Of a stretch of 20,000 nucleotides of DNA, positions 7,813 through 15,424 are shown piece by piece; positions within the stretch are counted from its first letter, which is position 1, and each line of letters begins with the position of its first letter. The stretch comes from an uncultured virus (IMG/VR IMGVR_UViG_3300005336_000021). Taxonomy: Duplodnaviria; Heunggongvirae; Uroviricota; Caudoviricetes. The notes beneath the pieces were generated by a model. The model was given only the letters and a program-made list of their open reading frames with translations, made no database searches and was not told the DNA's origin. The translations under genes and the position numbers were made by a program. The stretch is taken from IMG/VR virus record IMGVR_UViG_3300005336_000021. One strand, given 5' to 3'.

Positions 7813-8259
7813 TTAGGTGTCAACGTTCGAGTGGTAAACCGGCGCCACCTCTGCTCCATCTCCGTCGACGTTGCCCGGCTGGATGGTGATAGTGGCAGTA
7901 GGCTGCTCACCTTCGGACATCGCGCCCGGAGTGAATGATTCGATCCATCCCCAGAACACAATAAACGACCCGTCTGGGAAGGTGATGGTGCATATCTGAT
8001 TGATCCCTACCTGACCCATGAGGTCTGGTATCGCTTCGGTCGCGTAGGCCACCGTTGCGGTGACAGGAGTGAGGGACTTCAGATTCCTGGGTGACATCGT
8101 CCGCCACGTCGTGTTTCGCATGGTGGTGGTATCGATGGCGCCGCCAGCGGTCATCCCAGGAGGGGTTATTTCCTTCTCAAAGAGTCTTACGTCTGGAAGG
8201 TTAGCGAACGAGATGATGGTTGCGAAGCCATCATCTAGTCTGATTTGATTTGGATCCAT
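7813..8259 (-). CDS. major tail tube protein (siphovirus-type)
   Basis: SD AAGGA; ITPPG...IDTTTM and ITFPDG...F.G.I.SF.P motifs; canonical position; no sheath gene in the module. Confidence 0.85.
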   Translation of the reverse strand: MDPNQIRLDDGFATIISFANLPDVRLFEKEITPPGMTAGGAIDTTTMRNTTWRTMSPRNLKSLTPVTATVAYATEAIPDLMGQVGINQICTITFPDGSFIVFWGWIESFTPGAMSEGEQPTATITIQPGNVDGDGAEVAPVYHSNVDT

Positions 8260-8287
8260 GTTTCCTTTCTTCGGTTTAGGGGTTCAT

Positions 8288-8764
8288 TCATTGGCCAGAC
8301 AAGAGGAGACCACCGCCCTCACCGCTCAACTCTACGTTGAACGGTTCACCTCTTTCAAGAGTCAGTATCATGTTAATGGTGAAATGGTGGCGCCGCCCAC
8401 GAGTGTTTTCTTCAATCCCCAATGGGATGATTGCCCCAGTTCGTGAAACATTATGGACAATGTATTCCTCCTCATCGGTGGTTACAACAGAATTCTGCAC
8501 CGCGTCGAGCGTCAGGGCAATAGCTTGAGCTTTCAACCAAGTCTCTTCATAAGTGGGCCCGCGCACACGAATTTGGATACCAGGGTGCTCAATCTGTTCA
8601 CCTGTCCTCATCATCCGTCCGTCAAGTTTGCCTGCCGTGTCATAGATGCAGATCGCCTTGTCTGGAAGGTCGGGAAGAAAGGAGATGAAGATGCTCCAGT
8701 CTTCCCCCTCCCCTAAATCCAGGTCAAGCATGAGCTGATGAATTGCAACAGAAGGGGCTTTCAT
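8288..8764 (-). CDS. tail terminator (Minor_capsid_3-like) with a short C-terminal extension
   Basis: LPDLPDKAICIYDTAG, EHPGIQIRVRG, RHHFTIN motifs; directly upstream of the tail tube; extra tail VELSGEGGGLLLSGQ. Confidence 0.8.
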   Translation of the reverse strand: MKAPSVAIHQLMLDLDLGEGEDWSIFISFLPDLPDKAICIYDTAGKLDGRMMRTGEQIEHPGIQIRVRGPTYEETWLKAQAIALTLDAVQNSVVTTDEEEYIVHNVSRTGAIIPLGIEENTRGRRHHFTINMILTLERGEPFNVELSGEGGGLLLSGQ

Positions 8765-9201
8765 ACCTGGATGCGTGGAGTCCAGTTGAGGAGGGCTCGA
8801 TCCCTGATGATCCTCAACATCTCCGGTCGGAGGCGACGGGAGGGTTCCTCAAGAAATTTAGCTTGGGCCGGAGGCTGAGGATCCCAATACTTCCCTATTC
8901 CGCTCGGCCGAGGCATTCCCTTGAGGACCATCCCAACTGATTCATGAACAGCCATCGCGTAGGGAGCTGAGAAGCCTACGCTCACCTTTGCTGCAAATCC
9001 CTTCCCATCTGTGCGGGTGTAAGCTGAGGCCTTCAATGCGCCGGTCTCGATGGGCACGAGACGCTGGCTCTCTCGCTGTAGAAGCAGACCCGCTTCTATT
9101 ACACCCACTTCCACGTCTGCTGCGATCTTGTTACCGCAGAAGCGCAGAGACAATAAACACTCACGCAGGCCACCAACTTGGTTGAGCTTCTCTTGTATCA
9201 T
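8761..9201 (-). CDS. HK97 gp10-like neck/tail completion protein
   Basis: SQRLVPIETGALKAS, APYAMAVHE, AKFLE motifs; ATGA overlaps on both sides. Confidence 0.85.
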   Translation of the reverse strand: MIQEKLNQVGGLRECLLSLRFCGNKIAADVEVGVIEAGLLLQRESQRLVPIETGALKASAYTRTDGKGFAAKVSVGFSAPYAMAVHESVGMVLKGMPRPSGIGKYWDPQPPAQAKFLEEPSRRLRPEMLRIIRDRALLNWTPRIQV

Positions 9202-9524
9202 AGGTAGGCCGTCAGCAAGACTTCAGTGTTTCTCAGGTTTGGCAGGCGATCAAATTTCCTGATCTCAAAAGCATCTTTGATGTCGGTATTAGAATCCAGT
9301 TCACCAAGTAAAAGACGATCACCAGGAAACATCACCCGGTCCACGTAGACAATCGAATTGGAGGTCCGGGTCTCTCCCTTTCCGTCAAGGTATTCTTGGG
9401 AGGTGTCTTCCCACCGGCAGTCGATCTCGACGGGGGACAGGAAAGCATATTCACCATGGACGTCTGGTGACCCTCTCGCAAAGTAGACGGCTGTCTGTCT
9501 CCGCATTCGTCTGATGAGGCTCAT
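9198..9524 (-). CDS. head closure (stopper) protein
   Basis: Start moved to ATG 9524 (ATGA overlap with 9521 stop); D.HG...F..P.EI.CRWE pattern; canonical position. Confidence 0.7.
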   Translation of the reverse strand: MSLIRRMRRQTAVYFARGSPDVHGEYAFLSPVEIDCRWEDTSQEYLDGKGETRTSNSIVYVDRVMFPGDRLLLGELDSNTDIKDAFEIRKFDRLPNLRNTEVLLTAYL

Positions 9525-10174
9525 CGATGGAAGGCCATCCTTTCTTGGAGGATACACCTGAGATCCTCAAAAGAGGCCTTCACAAAACACTCTAGTCGAG
9601 AAGACCCATCGGTGACATTGAAAATCCTCACATCTTCAGGCAGATTCTTCTTCACCCTTTCAAACCCCCTGATGAACCCCTGGAATGAATCCTCCCTGAT
9701 TACCTTCGTATTATAGGAATGCCAGTGGGACTCTTTTCCTTTGCTTGACAAATCGTAACCCAGCAGAAAGATTCGCTTCGCTCCAAAGCTGAGGGCGAGG
9801 TTAATAGCCGACGCACCTGTGGAGAAATTCCACCCCAGTGTAGATCCTGAATGAAGGCCGTCCCTTTCACGGCTCATCTTGAGGATCCTCGGAAAGTTAT
9901 AGCGGAGAAGGAAAGGGCAATCAGTCACCACGCGGTTTGGGAAATCTTTGATCAGGTGCTTATTCCTCTCCCACCACATTCTATCTCCGAAGAGGAGGAC
10001 CTCGACGATTTCAGGACCCAGGTGGATTGCATCGTTGCAACCAATCGTATGAAGGCCCTGAAGCTGGGTGAAGTCAAACCCTTTGAGCGAGGGACCACCT
10101 CCAATGAGGAAGGCGTCCTGTCCTTCCCATTCTCTTTCAGGTGCCCAGTATTCTATGGGGAGGTTCCTAACCAT
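9521..10174 (-). CDS. Maf/DUF115 (MptE-like, CstII/GT42-like fold) putative sugar transferase
   Basis: FLIGGGPSL, IGCNDA, STGASAINLALSFGAKRIFLLGYD, IFNVT motifs. Confidence 0.7.
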   Translation of the reverse strand: MVRNLPIEYWAPEREWEGQDAFLIGGGPSLKGFDFTQLQGLHTIGCNDAIHLGPEIVEVLLFGDRMWWERNKHLIKDFPNRVVTDCPFLLRYNFPRILKMSRERDGLHSGSTLGWNFSTGASAINLALSFGAKRIFLLGYDLSSKGKESHWHSYNTKVIREDSFQGFIRGFERVKKNLPEDVRIFNVTDGSSRLECFVKASFEDLRCILQERMAFHR

Positions 10175-10521
10175 ACGACTCTCGGTCTCCTTTTCCCATT
10201 TGAGATGGCTCTCAGCAGTCCACTGGTATCAAGAGTCATCGCCATCTGCCCATAATGAGAAGTATTCAGATTTAGATCTACTGCACTCTGATACCTCACC
10301 TCAATAGTAGAAGCTCTTTCGGAAGTCGGCCGGGGGTCGCGGACGGTATAAAAGTGAGCAGCAAGCCAGGTTTCGATGAGCTCAAGACGATCTGAATCGT
10401 GACCAGACCCTGCTGCGATGTCATCCACTAGAGCACTAGCCGCAAGAATAAACGGGTCGAGAACTATCGACCCGTCCACCTCAATAATTCCGGCAACGAG
10501 CTCTGACGTGGTTCGAGGCAT
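10153..10521 (-). CDS. head-tail adaptor/connector (DUF4054-like)
   Basis: FI..A...V, WLAAHF and TSHYGQMA motifs; TAATG overlap with the upstream gene. Confidence 0.75.
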   Translation of the reverse strand: MPRTTSELVAGIIEVDGSIVLDPFILAASALVDDIAAGSGHDSDRLELIETWLAAHFYTVRDPRPTSERASTIEVRYQSAVDLNLNTSHYGQMAMTLDTSGLLRAISNGKRRPRVVWLGTSP

Positions 10522-10757
10522 TAGTCATTTTCGCCCCACTCGTCTGCTTTGGCAGCCCCCTTCTTCTTTTTCTTGGGCTTCGCCGCAGGAGGCGCAGGAG
10601 CGGCAGTGGAGGTGGGAGCAGGTTCAGGATCACTCACCTTCTCAAACTTCCCCTTGAATAACTCAGCCAGATCAACAGGAGAGTCAACGATTTGACCTTT
10701 GGTGTAGGTCCGACCCCCTTCGACGTGATTCCCTTCTTTGACTCGATATTTCGGCAT
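10521..10757 (-). CDS. small capsid-adjacent accessory protein, 78 aa, with Pro/Ala/Thr linker and Lys-rich tail
   Basis: Start moved to ATG 10757 (MPKYRVKEG...Y.KG.IVD), 1 nt after the stop of the 55-aa ORF. Confidence 0.7.
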   Translation of the reverse strand: MPKYRVKEGNHVEGGRTYTKGQIVDSPVDLAELFKGKFEKVSDPEPAPTSTAAPAPPAAKPKKKKKGAAKADEWGEND

Positions 10758-10758
10758 A

Positions 10759-10926
10759 TTACGGATGAACAGGGTGTGAAGGACCGGCATACTGATTTGG
10801 AAACCTTGGACTGCCGATGCCGTTGTTCGGTGAGTCTGGGTGTGAACCATGAAAACCGCCCGCCCACAATCCACAGGCTGCCACACCCAATAGCAGGCCG
10901 ATGAATATAAGACGGGCGATTTTCAT
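10759..10926 (-). CDS. unlisted 55-aa membrane/lipoprotein-like peptide
   Basis: My translation: MKIARLIFIGLLLGVAACGLWAGGFHGSHPDSPNNGIGSPRFPNQYAGPSHPVHP*; fills the gap between the capsid stop (10946) and ATG 10757; lipobox-like VAA|C. Confidence 0.55.
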   Translation of the reverse strand: MKIARLIFIGLLLGVAACGLWAGGFHGSHPDSPNNGIGSPRFPNQYAGPSHPVHP

Positions 10927-10927
10927 G
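10848..10927 (-). promoter_or_regulatory. long RNA hairpin after the major capsid gene, covering the start codon of the 55-aa ORF
   Basis: CATGAAAATCGCCCGTC (10927-10911) pairs with GGCGGGCGGTTTTCATG (10864-10848), 17 bp with two G-U; inner CTGCTAT/GTGGCAG helix; only a short U run, lying within the stem. Confidence 0.55.
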
Positions 10928-10945
10928 TGCCGATGAGTCGATTCT

Positions 10946-12004
10946 TTACGCCGCCGCGCCGTGAATGATTCCAGTGTTGCCGTTCTTGTCGGCCCTGAGC
11001 TGAGGAACCATGATGGCCATCACCTTGAAGTGGAGGCGCATCCCACCCATGGTTTCCCACTGGACGGTGGTAATGTCCATCCCTATGACTTCGCGGATGA
11101 CATCGGTGGTCTGCTGGACGAGGATAAGCGTAAAGCCTGACCCCAAGTAGTCCGCCGTCCTCGCGCCCGAGATGCCCTGGATCGCGGCCAACCGCTGTCG
11201 CAGAGTGTTGTCCCCTTTCGCAGTCGAGTAGTCATCATCGAAATACTCATCCCACGCGGGAGAGTTGTAGAGGACCCACGGACCGTAGTGGAAGTGGTTC
11301 TCGCTGGCCTGCCGCATCGACAGAACTTCTCTCACTGTCACTGCGGGGGTCCACCCCGTATCCTCAGGAGAGGTGAGAACCTGAGTCAACCGAGATGGGA
11401 AGTTGGTGAGACCATAAATGGTTCCACCGCCGTAGGTGTAAGATGGTGACGTTCCCACCACCAGCTTCTCGGCTTCCTCAGCCACGCGTCTCGCAGCCAG
11501 CTGACCCATCGTAACATCAATGGGCGCACCGCGCTCGCGCGACGTTGCAATCTGCCGGGCGTTGAAGAAGAAGTCCTTGTGAATGACTGGCAACGGAAGC
11601 GAAACCAAGTCATAGTCGGGACGATCGGCTTCAGACTGCCGGGCAGGATCCATACTGATGATCGCCGGAGTGATGTCGCTCACCGTCTCGGTTTCCAAGA
11701 CTGTCTTCCCCATGCCGTTTGGAATGGTGAAGGTCAATCCCGCTCCGCGCAAGTCAGCCACGACACGCAAGCGGTCCTTCGCAGCGGCGACAATCGCGTC
11801 GTCGATGATCTTCCACTCGTCCTTCCGCAGCGTCGCGTTGGCAACCGGAGTCGCCCGGGCGATGAGTTTGCCGCCCTGGTTTTGGGCGATGTAGTGCCGT
11901 CCGTCCTTCCCGACCCATGGCCGAAGTGCAGCCACGTCGAAACCGTTGTTGAGGAGCGTCGTAGCGACACTCCCTTGAGCCTGTCCGTTTAAGATGAAGT
12001 CCAT
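10946..12004 (-). CDS. major capsid protein, HK97 fold, encapsulin/Linocin_M18-like family
   Basis: TLRKDEWKIIDDAIV...RLR, LPLPVIHKDFFFNARQIATSR..G.PID, IYGLTNFP motifs; lies between protease/cement and head-tail genes. Confidence 0.9.
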   Translation of the reverse strand: MDFILNGQAQGSVATTLLNNGFDVAALRPWVGKDGRHYIAQNQGGKLIARATPVANATLRKDEWKIIDDAIVAAAKDRLRVVADLRGAGLTFTIPNGMGKTVLETETVSDITPAIISMDPARQSEADRPDYDLVSLPLPVIHKDFFFNARQIATSRERGAPIDVTMGQLAARRVAEEAEKLVVGTSPSYTYGGGTIYGLTNFPSRLTQVLTSPEDTGWTPAVTVREVLSMRQASENHFHYGPWVLYNSPAWDEYFDDDYSTAKGDNTLRQRLAAIQGISGARTADYLGSGFTLILVQQTTDVIREVIGMDITTVQWETMGGMRLHFKVMAIMVPQLRADKNGNTGIIHGAAA

Positions 12005-12035
12005 ATGAGTTTCTTTCAGGTATATTGCGTTTCTG

Positions 12036-12467
12036 TTACAGGAGCCTCACCTTCAGCCGTTCGTCGGCCGATTCGCTGTCGCTCAAGTCCAAACTCTCGA
12101 GGGCGACGGCAATAGGCTTGTCACTTCCGGTGGCGACCTTCAAGGCCCCATCCCCGTTGCTGGTGAGTAGTTCTCCCGTCTCAACGTCCTCACCCCATGA
12201 CAGATAGGCGTAAATGACGTCACCAGGGGCACCATTGACGATGCTCACCACGTCATCGGCCGCATAGCTCTGATCGATGTCTTTACCTTGGAGCGCGTCT
12301 TCCAAGGCGAAGTTGCGTTCGGCGTAGCCGCCTGCGCTTGAATGCGCGACGACCTCCCCGTCTGAGTTGAGCAAGAGTAAGTCACCTGGACGGATGGTTC
12401 CGCCCGCGATGTGCTCCTCATGCCGGCCACTACCCAGGAGGTGGATTCTTTTTGGAACTTCAGGCAT
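12036..12467 (-). CDS. capsid cement/decoration protein
   Basis: SD AAGGA; AGGTIRPGDLL, GE.V.TG..LTSNGDGALK, AVALE motifs; between protease and capsid genes. Confidence 0.75.
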   Translation of the reverse strand: MPEVPKRIHLLGSGRHEEHIAGGTIRPGDLLLLNSDGEVVAHSSAGGYAERNFALEDALQGKDIDQSYAADDVVSIVNGAPGDVIYAYLSWGEDVETGELLTSNGDGALKVATGSDKPIAVALESLDLSDSESADERLKVRLL

Positions 12468-12501
12468 ATAGTTTCCTTCGTTGGTTGTTGATACGGTTTG
12501 T

Positions 12502-14109
12502 TCAGTTCTTGGCGAAGTTCAGGATCGGAATCTGCAAGGGTTCCTCGGCCTGATTGTCCGTCCTCACCGGTGCCTGACCCGAGTAATCAAGGACGCGGCC
12601 CGATCCGTCCGGATTGGGCTTGGCTGCGAGACGAGCCAGCATCTTGATTTCGTTCAGGCCCTTGGCTTCCAGTTCCTGTTTCGAGAACCCGTTGTTCTCG
12701 TTCGCCAGAATCACCTCGATGAGCTTCGTCTTCTCCTCGTTGTAGACGGCGATTGAGTTGTTCAGGACCTCCTGCATCTGCGGAGGAGCCTGCTTGATGA
12801 AGTCCTGGACCGTGACGACGTTGGTCGCGGGAGGACTACCAGCAGCGGGAGGAGGTGCTGTTCCAGGGCTACCCGCTGCTGGCGCTGCCGCCGGGGGTGC
12901 CGTTCCGCCCGGAGATTTCACAAGGCTGATTCTGCCCAGCTGTTCCTCGGTAAAGCTATTCAGCTGTGGCCGGTCGGCCTCCGTCAGCCCGACGTTGGCG
13001 GCGATGAGGGAATCGATCTTCTCTTTCGCTTTGGCCGTCGGGGCAGGAGGGGTTGGAGGTTCCTTCACATTCTGAATCAGCTTGAGCTGATCCTCGTTCA
13101 AAGCCATCAGGGCATCCCGGTCGGTCTCTTTCCAACCGACATTCGCTGCGATGATAGCATCCACTACCTTTTTCTTGTTCATAGGTGCATTGGGGTTGGT
13201 GTTGCCGACGAAGGCCCCCGTGGTTGTTCTATACTCGGTGACCCTCATTACCTCGACGGGATCCTCGTCATCCAACGAGACTCCCGTATCTTTTGCCGTG
13301 TAGCCGAGGCGCCACAGTTTGCCATCCCTTTCGTAGATGACAAAATTGGAGAAAACATCTAGGACCCAAATCCAGGGCCCGTTGGGATCATTGGCATTGA
13401 ATTTGTCTCGCAAAGCCGTTGACAATGCCGATGAAATGTTTGAGAAGGACATCTCGTTTTCCACGAGACCCATCTTCACCAGTGCCTGGCGAAGAGCCTT
13501 CAGAGACGGGTCCTTGCGTAGATTCTCCAGCAAGTCCCTGCCCGCTTGATTGCGAAGCAATCCGGCACCGTCGGCAATCGAACAAGCGCCGATCTGGTCA
13601 GGAAGCAGAGCGAGGTGGTCCGGACGGTAGTTTCGAGCGATTCCCGTGTAGTCCTCACTCTTCCAAGTTCCGCTGGTCTCCTCAATATCAATAAAGACCC
13701 CTGTGGAGAGTTCCATCATCTCCTTGGCGTCTACCGCGGTCATGATTCGATCATCGACGGTATTGGCTCGATCTTTCTCAATCCAAGCTTCTGATTTGAG
13801 ACGACCGCCCTTGTCCCACTTTGTGTTCATCATCACTCCAACCTTGCGGTTGTTGATAATGACGGGATCGCAGGCAGAAATTCCTTCACCGTTGATAGAC
13901 GGATGGTAAACCACGATGGGCTTGTGATTCCACGCTGCCGGAGTCTTCGACAGCTCGTCCTTGGGATAGTAGAGTGGACCTTGCGATCCTGAGTGAACTC
14001 CCTCAGTCAGGATGACCATTGGAACCACGACATGCTCCCGCCCTTCCAGATTATCCACTCGGCATCCTGCGGGCAGCAGATTGCATGTTAGTCTTGCGAA
14101 CGTCTTCAT
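12502..14109 (-). CDS. prohead protease/scaffold fusion (DUF2213-like N-terminal domain)
   Basis: EGVH, WNHKPIVVYHP, ELSTG, PDHLALLPDQIGACS motifs; C-terminal half helical/low-complexity with internal repeats. Confidence 0.85.
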   Translation of the reverse strand: MKTFARLTCNLLPAGCRVDNLEGREHVVVPMVILTEGVHSGSQGPLYYPKDELSKTPAAWNHKPIVVYHPSINGEGISACDPVIINNRKVGVMMNTKWDKGGRLKSEAWIEKDRANTVDDRIMTAVDAKEMMELSTGVFIDIEETSGTWKSEDYTGIARNYRPDHLALLPDQIGACSIADGAGLLRNQAGRDLLENLRKDPSLKALRQALVKMGLVENEMSFSNISSALSTALRDKFNANDPNGPWIWVLDVFSNFVIYERDGKLWRLGYTAKDTGVSLDDEDPVEVMRVTEYRTTTGAFVGNTNPNAPMNKKKVVDAIIAANVGWKETDRDALMALNEDQLKLIQNVKEPPTPPAPTAKAKEKIDSLIAANVGLTEADRPQLNSFTEEQLGRISLVKSPGGTAPPAAAPAAGSPGTAPPPAAGSPPATNVVTVQDFIKQAPPQMQEVLNNSIAVYNEEKTKLIEVILANENNGFSKQELEAKGLNEIKMLARLAAKPNPDGSGRVLDYSGQAPVRTDNQAEEPLQIPILNFAKN

Positions 14110-14184
14110 TTCACCTAGACCTAAATGGTGGACTCTATCGTTTCATAGGACATCTACTGCGAGAATGACTCTCCGTAAAGACTA

Positions 14185-14212
14185 ATTTTAACGAATCTTT
14201 TCTCTAAGTGAA
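14185..14212 (-). promoter_or_regulatory. candidate sigma70-like promoter for the head genes
   Basis: TTCACT (14212-14207), 16-bp spacer, TAAAAT (14190-14185) in the AT-rich 107-bp gap upstream of the protease. Confidence 0.4.
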
Positions 14213-14216
14213 TGGA

Positions 14217-14621
14217 TCAATTCCCTTGTTGCATCTTCTGAGTAGATTCTTTCAGAGATGCATTCGGGTCAATTCCCTTGAAGGGCCTCAGAACAATAGC
14301 TGAAGAGATTAGTTTCAAAGCAACCTCACCTGGCTTCGCGGAGGCAATTATTTCATCTACCTCCGAAATCGTCATCCGCTCGCTTAGAGCACCAGAAATG
14401 ATCTTGAGCGACTCACCAATGAGCTGGTATTGCTGACAGAGCAGGGTGTATTGGGCGACAAGATCGATGTAACCACAATCCATTTGCTTTGCGAGCTCCT
14501 CAATCTCGGCCCATCTCCTCTCCACCTCGCTGACAGAAATTCCCAGCTTGTGAGCGATATTGTGATTGGGCAGGCCTGCTGTCTTGTATTTCACCAAGAG
14601 CTTCTCATCGTCTATTTTCAT
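14217..14621 (-). CDS. helix-turn-helix DNA-binding protein, 134 aa
   Basis: Start moved to ATG 14621 (ATGA overlap); GLPNHNIAHKLGISVSEVERRW HTH pattern. Confidence 0.65.
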   Translation of the reverse strand: MKIDDEKLLVKYKTAGLPNHNIAHKLGISVSEVERRWAEIEELAKQMDCGYIDLVAQYTLLCQQYQLIGESLKIISGALSERMTISEVDEIIASAKPGEVALKLISSAIVLRPFKGIDPNASLKESTQKMQQGN

Positions 14622-15424
14622 TTTCTGTGATCCAAAATGTAATTGAGTAGAACCTGCCGATTGTGATTCATCTGTGTCCCTTGGTTTACGGGATGCCAAT
14701 GATGCAACAGACAGAGCCAGGAGGATCTCATCCACAGCTCTTTCGCTTTAGGACGACTTATTTCATCACGGCATCGACTCGTCACGTTCTTGAAAGTAAT
14801 CTCACCTGGTAGGGGATCTGTCCTCCTCTGATTCTTCTCCAGCATATAAATCTGTTGATAGTCCTCCCACCCATAACCCCTGAATCTTTCATCACAGCCT
14901 CCCAGATCCAGATACTCCTGCCTCCTGCAAATGAAATTTGTCGCAGCGGGATTGATGTAGGGAATAGCAGAGTAGGTCTTTCGATTCTCCATGATCCAGG
15001 CATAGGCAGGCGCGTCCAGAGGGATCTTCAACAGTTTGGAATAGATCCTATTCAGATAGATCATCCCTCCGTTATACCACACAGTGGGAACGGTATAGCG
15101 CAAATGATCGAGAAGCGTTTCAAAGTAATAGCAATTCGGAAAGCAGTCCACGTCCAGCTTCATGATCCATTCAGTCGTGGCATCACGAGCTCCTTGGTTG
15201 TGGTAGTAGCCGATGGAGTGTTCATTCTTCTTCCAAGCAACAGATGAGAAAGCTTCAACATTAGGTGGGGCTTCGTCCTTGAACCAAGGTGGAGGAAGTT
15301 CATCAATGAAGTAAATGAGATGTTGAACCTGAATGTCAGACACTCCTCTGAGATTCTTCAACCACAGCCGAAGCATGTCAGGACGATCCCAATATGGAGT
15401 GATGGTGGTTAGGAGGGGTTCCAT
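14618..15424 (-). CDS. GT-A fold glycosyltransferase (GT2 with Glyco_transf_7C-like C-terminal part)
   Basis: ITPYWDR, NQGARDA, KLDVDC (DxD), LGGCDERFRGYGWED, LLHHWH. Confidence 0.9.
   Translation of the reverse strand: MEPLLTTITPYWDRPDMLRLWLKNLRGVSDIQVQHLIYFIDELPPPWFKDEAPPNVEAFSSVAWKKNEHSIGYYHNQGARDATTEWIMKLDVDCFPNCYYFETLLDHLRYTVPTVWYNGGMIYLNRIYSKLLKIPLDAPAYAWIMENRKTYSAIPYINPAATNFICRRQEYLDLGGCDERFRGYGWEDYQQIYMLEKNQRRTDPLPGEITFKNVTSRCRDEISRPKAKELWMRSSWLCLLHHWHPVNQGTQMNHNRQVLLNYILDHRK

Noticed and set aside
10758..10886. Long N-terminal extensions in the ORF track (10886, also 14735, 16748, 9557, 18092, 19366)
   Set aside because: Downstream ATGs give tight stop/start coupling and remove implausible overlaps
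10946..12004. Cellular encapsulin nanocompartment / Linocin bacteriocin
   Set aside because: No cargo enzyme nearby; flanked by protease, cement, neck, tail tube and tape measure genes
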